Shown here: positions 11,021 to 22,809 of the stretch, in pieces
Position numbering within the stretch: position 1 is the stretch's first letter
Layout: each line of letters opens with the position of its first letter
Origin: an uncultured Nitrososphaeraceae archaeon
Lineage (GTDB): Archaea; Thermoproteota; Nitrososphaeria; Nitrososphaerales; Nitrososphaeraceae
Length of the DNA: 64,000 nt
Direction: 5' to 3'
Assembly: GCA_963729045.1 (NCBI GenBank)
Contig: CAVSMN010000018.1
Coordinates: 64,001-128,000 of the forward strand
Made by a program: the position numbers and the translations under genes
Notes under the pieces: model-generated
Told to the model about the DNA's origin: nothing
What the model saw: the letters and a program-made list of their open reading frames with translations, nothing else
The model's database searches: none

Positions 11021-11629
11021 ATGTTAAGATTAGCAATACCATTAATTATCATTTTTATAATTGCAGGAGCTGTAAGCTTTTCATTAGCGTTCACCTATTA
11101 TCCAAAGAAGAATGTGAATGTCAATGTTGATGGTATCTGTTATGAAATTTTAGGACCTGCTTACGCAGACTATAAAGACCTTGAAGCTGAAAGAGAATTA
11201 CGAGTCTTAGCACATGAATATAATGCAATAGAAAAACCAAATTCAATTATACCTATAGTGTATACGGGAACAAAAGATCAAGTGCAGGATTTTATCTCAA
11301 AGTACAATGTCAGAGTAACTGATAATCAAGAAATTGGTGGTGAAATGTATTATACTAATGACTATATCGGTAAAACAATCATCAAAGGAGAAATATCAAA
11401 AGCAAATTTGCTAAAGGTCATCACGGACTTATCTTCACCCAAAAGAGTCATGAATGAAAACGTTCTTTACAATTTGGGAATACAGAACAACACATTCTTA
11501 AGTTCGGAAGAAAGAGAAAAAATTTCATCAGATTCAAATAGCTTTATGCTTGAAGGAATACAAAAGATATTAGAAAATAGAAAAGATAGTATCAAGCAAG
11601 CAGAATGTCGGAGTCAAATTCAAGTATGA
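11021..11629 (+). CDS. Membrane-anchored hypothetical protein
   Basis: ATG at 11021 gives N-terminal TM MLRLAIPLIIIFIIAG; one Cys near each end. Confidence 0.7.
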   Translation: MLRLAIPLIIIFIIAGAVSFSLAFTYYPKKNVNVNVDGICYEILGPAYADYKDLEAERELRVLAHEYNAIEKPNSIIPIVYTGTKDQVQDFISKYNVRVTDNQEIGGEMYYTNDYIGKTIIKGEISKANLLKVITDLSSPKRVMNENVLYNLGIQNNTFLSSEEREKISSDSNSFMLEGIQKILENRKDSIKQAECRSQIQV

Positions 11630-11720
11630 GATGGAATTAGCATTCTTGTCTTCTATTCTGTGGAAATTGCACAATTTGAGTCACATTGAGTTTCTACCAT
11701 TTCATAAATCACTTTGTGTT

Positions 11721-11772
11721 ATTAACTATAATAAGGTAAGTATATAAACTGGTAAGTGATTAATCTGTAAGT
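11721..11772. promoter_or_regulatory. Putative HxlR operator upstream of the regulator gene
   Basis: ATTAACTATAATAAGGTAAGTAT plus further GTAAGT half-sites at about 16-bp spacing; 22/23 inverted copy at 12697. Confidence 0.65.
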
Positions 11773-11790
11773 AGATATAGGGTTGTTAAG

Positions 11791-12246
11791 TTGGTAGAAC
11801 TCAAAACCTCAGAGCAGTATCAAGAAAAGAAAGAAAATCTAAGTCACCAAAAGCTAATAGAGGATATGGAATGCAAATGTTGTCCTGTGTTTAATACCTT
11901 TAATATAATTGGCAAAAAATTTTCTCTTTTAATATTACGCAATATGCATTACGATAAACAAAAACGATTTAACGAATTTTTGAATTCTATAGAAGAGATC
12001 AACCCAAAAACCTTGTCAATACGGCTAAAAGAGATGGAAAAGGATGGTCTTATTAAACGTCATGTATACAATGAAACTCCAATTAGGATAGAATACTATC
12101 TTACTCAAAAAGGTAAAGAATTACAACCAATAATGGAACAGATGGCGTTGTTTTCGCTCAAATATTGTTGTGATCAAATATTTGACAACCCCGATCCTAT
12201 TAAAATTGAAAAGATAACCGCCAAATCTATACGAAATTATATGTAA
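11791..12246 (+). CDS. HxlR/DUF24 family transcriptional regulator
   Basis: CCPV..FNIIGKKFSLLIL..KRFNE..INPKTLSIRLKEMEKDGLIKR..PIRIEYYLT. Confidence 0.92.
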   Translation: MVELKTSEQYQEKKENLSHQKLIEDMECKCCPVFNTFNIIGKKFSLLILRNMHYDKQKRFNEFLNSIEEINPKTLSIRLKEMEKDGLIKRHVYNETPIRIEYYLTQKGKELQPIMEQMALFSLKYCCDQIFDNPDPIKIEKITAKSIRNYM

Positions 12247-12667
12247 ATTAGCAAACCTTTGCACTTATTTGAAAAGTTATTCCTAGATTCTGATTTAATA
12301 AGTTTATAGAAAGAGAAAATCAGAAATATTGGCAGGTTTACTATTTAAAATGCTTGGCAACTCTCTTACAAGATATTAGTATTACATGTTTTATTTTCTT
12401 TCCTAGGGTCTCTTATCGCATAATGATAAAAAACAACAATTAAAATGACTACTCATATATTTCATTTCAATATCTCGATTTGGTATAAATATGAATAAAT
12501 TATTTGAACGTCAAAATTAAAGATTTTTGTTGGACAAAGTTTATTCATTTGATATATGACTGAGTCAAATAATAATATCCCATCTTTTATCATTACTTTG
12601 TATAGAATCTATAGGTTAACTTTTTATATCTCTTTTTAATAATTATTTATTCTTTGAATTTCTTTCT

Positions 12668-12733
12668 ACTTACCAAATCGTCACCTACTATTTTAAATAC
12701 TTACTTTATTATAGTTAATGAGATAAGGTAAGT
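12668..12733. promoter_or_regulatory. Putative HxlR operator upstream of the MFS gene
   Basis: ATACTTACTTTATTATAGTTAAT (12697-12719), extra ACTTAC (12668) and GGTAAGT (12727). Confidence 0.65.
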
Positions 12734-12737
12734 TGAT

Positions 12738-14231
12738 ATGATCAAAGATAGGAATGAAAAAAATAATATGATTAACGCAACGACGGTTGTAAGTCGCCAT
12801 GCGTGGTTAACTTTAGCAATTCTTAGTAGTACTCTATTGACAGTTTTTTTCTCAGAAACCATGCTACTTCCTGCAATACCAGAAATAATTGATGATTTGG
12901 ATATATCTTATGGAACGGCTGCATGGATATTCAGCGCATACTTAATTGTAGCTGCAGTGATGACTCCAGTTGCTGGTAGACTTTCTGATCTGTATGGGAA
13001 AAAGAAAGTTTTACTATCATTACTTGCAATATATATAACAGGACTCACCGCCGGCGGATTTGCAGATAACATAACTTTTCTACTTATTAGCCGGATTATT
13101 CAGGGTGTTGGGTTAGCAGCTGTTCCAGCAGCATTTAGTCTTCTTCGAGATACGTTTCCGCCTGCTAAACTATCTATAGCTGTAGGGGTTTTTGGTTCTG
13201 CATATTCAGCTGGTTCAGTAGTTGGACTATTGGTTGGAGCTAGCATAATCCAAACCTTTGGTTGGCATGCTACTTTTCTAGCTATAATACCTTTCGCTAT
13301 TTTGGTAACATTATTAATTGCAAGATTCGTAAAGGAATACAAAGTACCAAATCGATCAAATAATTCAAAAATACAAAGAGATGTTTCAGAGAAGAAGGGA
13401 AAACCGTTTTCTATAGATATTAAAGGTATAGTGGCTCTTTCAGTTACAATATCTTCATTTCTCATTGCACTTACTGTCATTCAAATTGGTGTAAATAATG
13501 AAAATATATTACAAATTGCGGGAGCATTCATAATATCTGCAATCGCATTATCTGTCTTTGTTATAATAGAAAGAAGGGCTATACCCCCATTCGTTAACTT
13601 GAGATTGTTAAGAGATAAAATCCTTCTACCTTCATTTATCCTACTAATAGCTACAGGAATCACTATGTTCATGATTTATCCAACGATAGTCCAGTTGGTG
13701 AGGAGTCCAGCTCCGTTAGGTTTCGGAGGTGATTCGATAGACGCTGCAAACGTTCAGCTACCTTTCATGATCAGTTTCTTGGTGTTTGCAAGTATCACTC
13801 CATTTATCATAAATAAGATAGGCAGTACAAAACCAATAATAATTGGTGGAATCGTTAGCCTATTTGGAACATTTGGATTACTAATGTTCCATGCAACGGA
13901 GTTCATAGTTTCTGTAAACTTGGCCATAATCGCCTCAGGTCTATCGCTTACAATGACCGCAATTTGGAATATAATAGTGTCTTCCTCCCCAAAAGAATTT
14001 ACTGGAATATCCGTGGGAATTGGTGCACTATTATTGTTCATAGGTATGGCAATAGGTCCGGCCCTGGCTGGAGTATATATGGCTGATCATGAAAATATCG
14101 GAACCAAAGTATCATATCCATCAGCTCAGTCATATGATCTGGTATTTTCCACTGCAGTATTGCTATCGGCAGTATCCCTTGGATTTGCATTTATACTAAG
14201 AAGAAAAACGATACATACTGCGGCGGTTTAA
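12738..14231 (+). CDS. MFS transporter (drug:H+ antiporter-like, about 14 TM)
   Basis: GRLSDLYGKK motif A, SRIIQGVG, many TM segments. Confidence 0.92.
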   Translation: MIKDRNEKNNMINATTVVSRHAWLTLAILSSTLLTVFFSETMLLPAIPEIIDDLDISYGTAAWIFSAYLIVAAVMTPVAGRLSDLYGKKKVLLSLLAIYITGLTAGGFADNITFLLISRIIQGVGLAAVPAAFSLLRDTFPPAKLSIAVGVFGSAYSAGSVVGLLVGASIIQTFGWHATFLAIIPFAILVTLLIARFVKEYKVPNRSNNSKIQRDVSEKKGKPFSIDIKGIVALSVTISSFLIALTVIQIGVNNENILQIAGAFIISAIALSVFVIIERRAIPPFVNLRLLRDKILLPSFILLIATGITMFMIYPTIVQLVRSPAPLGFGGDSIDAANVQLPFMISFLVFASITPFIINKIGSTKPIIIGGIVSLFGTFGLLMFHATEFIVSVNLAIIASGLSLTMTAIWNIIVSSSPKEFTGISVGIGALLLFIGMAIGPALAGVYMADHENIGTKVSYPSAQSYDLVFSTAVLLSAVSLGFAFILRRKTIHTAAV

Positions 14232-14499
14232 GCAACAATACTAGGATAGTATCCCCCAATTTTTTTAGAAACAATACAGAATTGATATTTTTTTAAAAAT
14301 CTATTTGATATTTGATTATCTATCCTTCAAGCGTTGATAACTGTTATAATGAATTAAAGAATCATAAGGGCTTTTGTAATCTGATAAATTAGATATATGA
14401 ATCGTTAATTTTCTTACACATTTCACTCGTAGTAATTTTTCTTAAGTGCTGTATCTGTTCTTGTTATGTATAATAACGAAAATAAATTGGTCAATGTCC

Positions 14500-15159
14500 T
14501 TATTTACGAGGCATCATCCTAAATCGTTTAAGGAATTTTTCATCTCCTTTGGTTCTTATAACAAACTGTTCTCTGTGTAATTTTAGTGGTCTGTCCTCAG
14601 GTTTTGTCAATTCAATTCTTATTCTTGATAGAGTATTAATTTTAAAGATCAATCCCTGAGATGGATCGATGTTTAATTTGTTTGGGACAATTTCTTTTGT
14701 ATTGCTTTCTATATTAATTGGTATAAGGATTTTCTTCATCTTTCCAAGTTCTGGATAGTTTACAACTAAATCTGCCTTAGCATTATTTACTGTATTTGTT
14801 ATCAAATAAGTGCCGGGTCTAATTACCATCGCAGAGAAAATCACTCCATCCTTTAATTCTTTGCTATCAAATGTTTTTATTTGTGATCCCCTTTCGAATC
14901 GATAAATCTCTATCGAATAACCGCCGGCGCCTGTAGAGACATAGAAAACAGCATAGTCCCCTTTTTTTAGTGTATAAATACTCATAATATTGCTTAAATC
15001 GATGTTTACCTGATTAGAAGTATCATTTACTTGCTTATTTTCATTAGTGAGTTGAGAAACATCCTTAGAATTTGTCGTAGATAAAGATGATAACCTATTA
15101 GATGATCTTTCCTCGATTTTGATAATCAGAGATCTTGAATCCGTCAAAATTAACTCCAA
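14500..15159 (-). CDS. Hypothetical protein
   Basis: 219-aa ORF; an out-of-frame ATG lies 7 nt upstream of the TTG start. Confidence 0.65.
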   Translation of the reverse strand: MELILTDSRSLIIKIEERSSNRLSSLSTTNSKDVSQLTNENKQVNDTSNQVNIDLSNIMSIYTLKKGDYAVFYVSTGAGGYSIEIYRFERGSQIKTFDSKELKDGVIFSAMVIRPGTYLITNTVNNAKADLVVNYPELGKMKKILIPINIESNTKEIVPNKLNIDPSQGLIFKINTLSRIRIELTKPEDRPLKLHREQFVIRTKGDEKFLKRFRMMPRK

Positions 15160-15328
15160 TTTTCATTGTTTATCTAAACCTTATTTTCATTAACTATAAA
15201 TATTTTTAGCTTTAAACCAGGTTATCGATTACTAGACCAACTAGAGTCTAGGAGTCAAATTGATACTTTTTACTGATATCAATGTATAATGATTACGATT
15301 AATGTCTAGTTGATCACATATTGATAGT

Positions 15329-15373
15329 AGTTCTCATTCGTGGGGATCATGTTTCCTGCGGTATTAGGATTAT
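15329..15373 (+). repeat. Dispersed double-hairpin repeat, copy 1
   Basis: AGTTCTCATTCGTGGGGATCATGTTTCCTGCGGTATTAGGATTAT. Confidence 0.7.
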
Positions 15374-15562
15374 AATGCAAATATGGACATTTGATTTCAA
15401 AAAGAATTCGACAGGCTAGATAAGCTAGAAAAAAGTTACATCCTTACCTATTATTGCAATTGCAATTCTAGTTTATCTTGCAGAGATATCTACTACACAC
15501 TTATTGGAGGAAAGAGTCAATCTATTACATAAGAACGACCCCATATATCAGCATTACAATAA

Positions 15563-16648
15563 TTATGTGGTCACCTTATCATTAGAAACTGGAGACCGAC
15601 CTTTGCGAACCGTGTAGTAAATCGCTCCAAATCCTATACTAGTCACGATCACTTGGGCTATTTGACCAAAGTAGGGAATAGGAACTATGTACAAAAGATT
15701 GAGTATGACAAATCCGATTAAAAAAGAAGAAATATTGTTGATATCTCCTGATGACGGCTTTCGCCCCAATAACTCGAGGATTTTTTTTCCTATAGCAAAC
15801 GATACCATTAAAGATGAGAAGATTAATCCAATGAGAAGAACCAATAAACCAAAAACTGAGACTGGTATACCTACCACAGTGATTGCCGATAGTACTATTA
15901 CAACTACGAACAATATGATTAATAGAAATCCCACCACCGTGTTTTTTATTATGGATTTTTTCATAACCAACCGAACTGAATCAAACTGATTCGGTAGTAA
16001 CTTGACAAGTATGATACCTAAAATACCAAATCCTATTACAAACAAAATACCAAAAAGATTAAGCCATCCTTCTATATCCGGCATCATTGAGTCTGGGCTC
16101 CTTACCTCTAGGTCTCCGATAGTGCCATTGTTTTGGAAATTGTCAGTCATAGCTACCAGTTGTCCTGATATATTACCCTCATTGGTGATAGTTCCGCCTG
16201 CAACATACGCGTCCTTAGTTACCACAGAAGTTGGATCGAAATGTATGTTGTTAGCTGCTAATATTGCATTTGTTGATTTTCCCCCTAAATCTATCATACT
16301 TCCAGCAGCTACAATTTTTCCTGAAACATCTGCATTCACCGTTACTTGTCGCCCTGCAGCAAGAAGGTCACCCTCTATCGGTGCATTGACATGAATAATA
16401 TTCGCAAATATTATCGCTCCTTTGACAGGGGCGTCAATATTTACCGTTTCTCCAAAGATTACCACCTCATCTTGTATAGGTTCTTGTATTGAAATCTGAT
16501 TTCCCGAAATAACTTGCAAAGCAAAGGCGGTATCTGGCATAACTAGTGGTACTAAAACTAGAGCTGTTATACAGAAGATGAAGAAATATTTTATTCTAGC
16601 AGAAACGCTATTTCGCAACATTTTATTAGATAACCAATACCTAGTCAA
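15563..16648 (-). CDS. Membrane protein with an extracellular beta-helix-like repeat region and C-terminal TM helices
   Basis: Signal-like N-terminus; repeats GDLLAAGRQVTVNADVSGKIVAAG / DAYVAGG; about five C-terminal TMs. Confidence 0.8.
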   Translation of the reverse strand: MTRYWLSNKMLRNSVSARIKYFFIFCITALVLVPLVMPDTAFALQVISGNQISIQEPIQDEVVIFGETVNIDAPVKGAIIFANIIHVNAPIEGDLLAAGRQVTVNADVSGKIVAAGSMIDLGGKSTNAILAANNIHFDPTSVVTKDAYVAGGTITNEGNISGQLVAMTDNFQNNGTIGDLEVRSPDSMMPDIEGWLNLFGILFVIGFGILGIILVKLLPNQFDSVRLVMKKSIIKNTVVGFLLIILFVVVIVLSAITVVGIPVSVFGLLVLLIGLIFSSLMVSFAIGKKILELLGRKPSSGDINNISSFLIGFVILNLLYIVPIPYFGQIAQVIVTSIGFGAIYYTVRKGRSPVSNDKVTT

Positions 16649-17019
16649 ATTTAAATTTATAGGGCAAACATTTTATCTATTACCATCATCCTTTACATTT
16701 ATTAATACTTTAATTTAAGCAAAAATATGACTTTACCCATTTAATCGATATTTGAGAATATTTATGGATGCATAAACAAACAACCTCAAGTCAAATAAGA
16801 GAATAAAGTCGTTGAACAGCACTATGGACAGAGAATAAAACTTATAGTCAGAATAATTTTGTAATAGAAGAAGGCCTCTATTACAATATCCACAGTCTCT
16901 GGGCATTGTTGCATAACCCCATTACCTTCGCCTTGTGTCTATATCAACCACGCACCGGTTGTTTTTTCTGTTATTTTAATGAATTAATCGGTAGAGATAA
17001 GATATAATATCTTCGAGTC

Positions 17020-17080
17020 CAGTCATGACCAAAGAGCTGCTCTGCGGGGGATTAAGTTCCTAGTGGCACTAGGTTCGAAT
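17020..17080 (+). repeat. Dispersed double-hairpin repeat, copy 2 (with 5' extension)
   Basis: CAGTCATGACCAAAGAGCTGCTCTGCGGGGGATTAAGTTCCTAGTGGCACTAGGTTCGAAT. Confidence 0.75.
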
Positions 17081-17245
17081 AAAGATGGATTGTACATACT
17101 CGCCCTAATCATGCTAAATCTTTTTTAATTAGGTTTTGTCATTTGGTCTAAAGATTTGCGATTATGTTGTGAATTTCAAACTACCATTTCCATCTCTGAG
17201 CATGATACAGAACTGAAATTTATAATACCGTCATGATAATATAAA

Positions 17246-19220
17246 ATGACTTTAGCTGAATAACCTTCCACAACCCCTTACGAAATCTAATCTAGTAGAG
17301 AATTTCCCATTTTCAACACAGCGAGAAAATCAGAAAAGGGTATTAGAGGACATACGTACTGCCTTTAATTCTGGTTACAGATATGTGTTATTAGAAGCTC
17401 CGACCGGATTTGGAAAAAGTGCAGTAGCCATAGCACTTGCTTTGAGCTTAGGTTCAAGCTATATCTGTACATCTACCAAAGACTTACAAACCCAATATTC
17501 CAATGATTTTCCATATATTAAGGCAGCTAAGGGAAAAAATAACTTCCCTTGTTTACTTAAACAAGACTTTGTAGACAATGGAACCTATCAATGTGGAATA
17601 TGTGCTTCATCTAATCCAAATGAATGTTATCACACAACTGTTGAATATGGACATTGTATGACTAATGAATCCTTTAAAGAGGATGGCTGCAAGTACAGGA
17701 CGTTTGCGAAAGACTATAAGACAATTAATGAAAGAACAAAAGATGAAAAAATATACATTGACAGTGATACTAAACGAAAATATCAAAAACAATTTTCTGA
17801 ATGGTTACCTATAAGCAAACTAAAGATACGAAGAGAGTGGAAACCTTGTGAATACTTTAATCAACTAAATATCGCATTGGCATCCAGTCATTCTATATTC
17901 AATTATTCTATTTTTCTTGCATTCTTACCATATAATAAACGCCTCTCTGAAAGGGAACTTTTGGTATTGGATGAGGGACATCTTTTAGAAACAGAAATTG
18001 TAAAGTTTAGGGGATTATCAATATCTAAAAAGAGATGGAAACGGTATGTGGGTAATTTTGATATAGTTGATTATGGTTATGACAGTATTGAAAGATGGAT
18101 TGATTTTTTAATAGATCTTGAAACCAAAATGTTATCTGCAATTGGCAATGATTCTTTGGCATCCGTACTGGATATGGAGAGAAATGTTAAATTTGAATAC
18201 TATAATTCAAGAAAGTTATTATCAGAAAACCGAGATTACAAAAAGAGAATAGTTTCTGCAACTGAATTGTTTGAAAGTGATGAAGAAATAGCAAAGAAAT
18301 ATGCTAATGTTGAAATTGCATCAAAAGATAATACAAAAACTCTTGGCGATGAGCTTACTGTTGATGCTATTAAAGACACAGAAAGGTTGACAAGAACAAT
18401 AAACAGCATACTTGCAAACCCAAAAAATTGGATAATTTCAGATATCAAAAAAGACAATTACAAAGTAGAGAAAGTGGAATTAAAACCCCTAGATATATCA
18501 CCCTACTGTAAGGCTGTCTTTGAAAAGGGATCCAAAACGCTGATAATGAGTGCGACTATCCTAAATAACAAGGCATTTTGTAAAAGTATTGGTTTAGATT
18601 CTGATGAAGTAAAATTTATTCAAGTTGAATCTGATTTTCCAATAGAGCATAGAGCAATTTATCCCCTAAATGTTGCATATCTTAATTACAGTAACTTACA
18701 ATCTATTGATATTATGTCTAAAATTTCTAATGTCGTTGATAATTTAATGTCTACTCATAAAAATGACAAGGGCATAATCCATACAACATCGTATGAGCAA
18801 CTTAACTTTATCAAAGAAAATCTATCTAAGGAAAATGCAAGAAGGCTCCTAATTACTGATCCAGAAATACCAAGAGACGAAATTATATCTCAACATTCTT
18901 CCACTCCAAAACCAACGGTACCTATTTCACCCTCACTTCACACAGGACTTGATTTGAAGGATGACCTGTCAAGATTTCAGATTATAACTAAAGTGCCATA
19001 TCCAAACAAAAGTGATAGGTGGACTAATGCAAAGAGAGAGGTTGATGAAGAATGGTATTATTGGCAGACAGCATTGAGATTAATACAGGCATATGGAAGA
19101 TCAGTTAGATCCAAAGATGATTGGGCAAGGACATATGTTTTGGACTCGGCTTTTAACTATTTTATAAGAAAGAATAGAAACACACTACCCGGATGGTTTA
19201 TTCAAGCAATCAAAGGTTAG
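17246..19220 (+). CDS. DinG/Rad3(XPD)-like SF2 DNA helicase with Cys-rich (Fe-S-like) insert; N-terminus probably frameshifted
   Basis: Q-motif FPFSTQRENQ in frame upstream of 17385; APTGFGKS, DEGH, MSAT, KVPYP, QAYGRSVR, VLDS; ATG 17246 is one base out of frame. Confidence 0.88.
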
Positions 19221-19441
19221 CGGGTAGAAAATTTTGCTTATCATTTTATCATATTTACACATCTGAATTCCTTGTCATATTGATCTCATTATTTATCTAT
19301 ATTCTATCAACTATTGGTATCTAAAATATACATATACTATAATATAATAACAATTAAGATTCATCATGATAAATGTAGATGATAAACAAGATCAATTAAG
19401 TAATAGTGAACCAGAAAAGATCTTAATATGAAATAAAAAAA

Positions 19442-20719
19442 TTAAGGATTATTCATTAGTATTTGATCAAACCAATCAAATATCCTTTGATTAGTAATTG
19501 CAGGAGCCCCAGATTGACAATGTTCCTCAGCGCCTTCTTCTTCAGTAAAAAGTATATATTCTTTGGATGAAGATGGAACAGAAACTAGCCCATCGTAAAC
19601 CTTTTTAGGTTGACCTGGAAATGAGTCATCCTTTTCAGCATCTAACACGAGGGTGGGTGTTTTAATATCTTTTATAATATCTTTGATTGAATACGCTTTT
19701 GCTCCAGTAATTAGTTTGTAGGGTGAATTGTTTCCGGTAGTATGCATCCCATGTTTCATATTGAATTTTATGTTTGCATCTGTTTCTATCAAACGATTTA
19801 GGTATGAATTTACAAACTCTGAGTCACCTTTTTCAACTGCATCTGATAATTCTGATGGGAATCCAGATTTTATAGAATCATATCCGTCATAAACGCCATT
19901 ATAAAGAACACATGCAGATATACGAGGTTCAAATGCAATGGTCCTTGCAGCCAAATACCCACCCATACTTATGCCCATTAGAGCTATTTTTTTTGGGTCT
20001 ATATTATATTCACTCTTTCTTGATAATGCAAAATCTAGTACAGGAGTCACAACTTTTTCCCAATCATGTCTAAAAGGAATTTTCTGTTTACGAATTACTT
20101 CTCCCTGGCCTGGTCCCTCAAATATCAAACAATTATATCCTCTTTCTATTGCTGGTGCAGCTGCAAGAGAATATAGCTCTTCCAATGTGGAATCAAAACC
20201 GCCATGAGCTATTAATGTTGGATAGAGAGTGCCTTCATTATTGTCAAGATTTTTTCTACTATTTGTTAGATCATCAATTAATACTTGATTTGACTTTGGT
20301 ACGTGAAAAAAGTAACCTGGTAGAGTGGTTCCTTCATATGGAATTTCCACTTGTTCCACAGGAAATGGAAATAACGCCGTAGCTTTCTTAAAGCATTTTT
20401 TACTTGATTCTATAGTATTTTGAATTCTTGGATCATCAGGCTCGACCAACAAGAATGCAGATACACGATAGTAATTTGATGCTCGTAGATAAGCATCTCG
20501 TGCACTCACTTTATGATGTTTATTAATACAATCTTCCGCATAAGTATGGATCCTTTTTGCTGTCTTTAGCCATTCTTCATACCAACTATCAAAATTACCT
20601 TCCTTAATCCGATATGCTGTTGACAGACATTCTCCAATATCAGCTCCTCTAGAATATGTTTCACTAATTGCTCTCAGCAATTGTAAAGAAAATGTAGGAT
20701 CTTCAAAAACTAGCTTCAT
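19442..20719 (-). CDS. Alpha/beta hydrolase (DHPON hydrolase / FrsA-like)
   Basis: GGFDS, EGPGQG, nucleophile GISMGG, EHCQ. Confidence 0.9.
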   Translation of the reverse strand: MKLVFEDPTFSLQLLRAISETYSRGADIGECLSTAYRIKEGNFDSWYEEWLKTAKRIHTYAEDCINKHHKVSARDAYLRASNYYRVSAFLLVEPDDPRIQNTIESSKKCFKKATALFPFPVEQVEIPYEGTTLPGYFFHVPKSNQVLIDDLTNSRKNLDNNEGTLYPTLIAHGGFDSTLEELYSLAAAPAIERGYNCLIFEGPGQGEVIRKQKIPFRHDWEKVVTPVLDFALSRKSEYNIDPKKIALMGISMGGYLAARTIAFEPRISACVLYNGVYDGYDSIKSGFPSELSDAVEKGDSEFVNSYLNRLIETDANIKFNMKHGMHTTGNNSPYKLITGAKAYSIKDIIKDIKTPTLVLDAEKDDSFPGQPKKVYDGLVSVPSSSKEYILFTEEEGAEEHCQSGAPAITNQRIFDWFDQILMNNP

Positions 20720-20978
20720 TTACTTATATCATATGAAGCCAATGAATTATTAGTATATAAATAAAATAATTTCAAGCTTTATCATATGTGAATTATTTTT
20801 CATATCTCCAAAGTCAAAAACCACCTCCTAATAGTCAAATTTATCGGAGTCCAGTTGCGGTTAGATCTCTAGGGTCGGGTTCTATCACAAGGAAAAAATC
20901 ATGATCCTAGGATGATCATATTTAAGAGTCCAAAATTATGAGTGTCACTAAATACTTTCATGATATACTTTATAATAT

Positions 20979-22809
20979 ATGAATGAATATGAGAATTTTA
21001 AAACGGCCGATATTGTGGCTGAGGCACTCATAGATTGGGGTGTAGATGTTGTATTTGGGTTACCTGGTGATGGTATCAATGGTTTTATTGAAGCACTAAG
21101 ACAAAGACAAGACAAAATAAAGTTTGTTTTGGTGAGACATGAAGAATCCGCAGCATTTATGGCTTGTGCTTATGCTAAATATACAAAAAAGTTAGGAGTT
21201 TGTGTTGCTACGTCCGGGCCAGGTGCCATACATCTTTTAAACGGATTGTATGATGCCAAACTTGATAGTACACCTGTCCTGGCTATTACAGGTACCACCT
21301 ATTCTGATCTTATTGGCTCCAACTATCAACAAGATGTCAATCTTTTGCAGCTGTTTTCTGATGTGGCTACATATAACAACATGATAAACTCACCAGAACA
21401 TGCTGAAATGGCAGTAGATATAGCATGCAGAAATGCTTTGGGCCGTAGAGGAGTGAGTCACTTGACCATTCCAATAGATGTCCAAGAACAAAAATTAAAA
21501 GGTAAATATTCCCCACATAAGGTAAAGGGCCATACCTCGGATATTTTTAACCATGACGTTATTCCAAGTCCGGAATTACTAAGAAAGGCTGCAAATATTC
21601 TCAACGAGGGAAAAAAGATAGTAATACTGGTCGGTCAAGGAGCTCTAGACGCTAGTGACGAGGTTGTTACCATTTGTGAAATGCTTAATGCCCCTGTAGT
21701 CAAAGCCCTTTTGGGAAAAGCCGTAATTTCCGATTACAGTCCCTACAATCTTGGAGGTATTGGCATGTTAGGAACGAGTCCCGCCAGTGACGCAATGAAT
21801 GAAGCAGATACGATACTAATGATAGGAACATCCTTTCCATATATTGACTATCTTCCAAAACCCGGACAAGCAAGAGGAATTCAAATTGACATTCTACCTG
21901 AGAGAATCGGATTACGATATCCTGTGGATATAGGGTTGGTTGGAGACTCCAAACAAACACTGAATTCTCTGATTCCGCTCCTAAACAAAAGATATAAAGA
22001 AGATAACGAATTTTTAACATCAAAACAAAAAGAAATGAAAAAATGGGCAAGTTTGTTAAAAGAACAAGGCAGTCGGTACTGACAAGCCCATTAAACCTCA
22101 AGTCATAGCTACTGCTGTTTCCAATGAATTAGATGATGATGCCATTATCTCCGTAGATAGCGGAACCAATACTATTTGGGCCGCCCGGTATATTTTTGTT
22201 CATGATAAAATGAAATTTTCGCTCTCGGGTACTCTTGCAACAATGGGATGTGGTTTGCCATATGCAATAGCAGCCAAAATTGCATTTCCAGATAGGCAAT
22301 CGGTGGCTTTTGTCGGGGATGGAGGTTTCACCATGTTAATGGGGGAATTTGCAACAGCAGTTCAATATGATTTACCAATCAAGGTTGTGATAATAAAAAA
22401 TAACACATTAGGAATGATACGGTGGGAACAAATGGCTTTTCTCGGAAACCCCGAATATGCTGTAGAATTTACTCCTATTAATTTTGCAAGTTTTGCTGAT
22501 GAATGCGGTGGAAAAGGCTATACTATTACAGAACCAGGAGATGTAGGACTAATCATTCACCAAGCAATGAAGGAAAAAAAACCCACAATTATTGAAGCGT
22601 ATGTAGATCCATTTGATCCTCCAATGCCTCCAAAAGTGGAACCGGAGTTTGTAAAGAACATTGCGGAATCATTTGCAAGGGGACAACCATATGCCTCCAG
22701 GATAGGCTTAACACTCTATAGAAATCAGATCCATGAAAGATTACGAGGTCTCCATCATCATAATTCATTAAAAGATCATGATCACAAGAGTTCTTATAAT
22801 GAGACATGA
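20979..22809 (+). pseudogene. ThDP-dependent pyruvate oxidase/dehydrogenase (PoxB-like), split by a +1 frameshift near 22075
   Basis: FGLPGDG, RHEESAA, TSGPG; the downstream frame starts TDKPIKPQV at 22078 and carries GDGGF..KNN. Confidence 0.85.

Noticed and set aside
17012..17080. tRNA-like GGTTCGAAT motif
   Set aside because: No cloverleaf or acceptor stem can be drawn; it is the 3' end of the dispersed repeat, where other copies read GGTTCTA
20848..20886. Possible degenerate repeat copy (GAGTCCAGT...GGGTTCTAT)
   Set aside because: Only the ends match and the core is missing, so it was not counted
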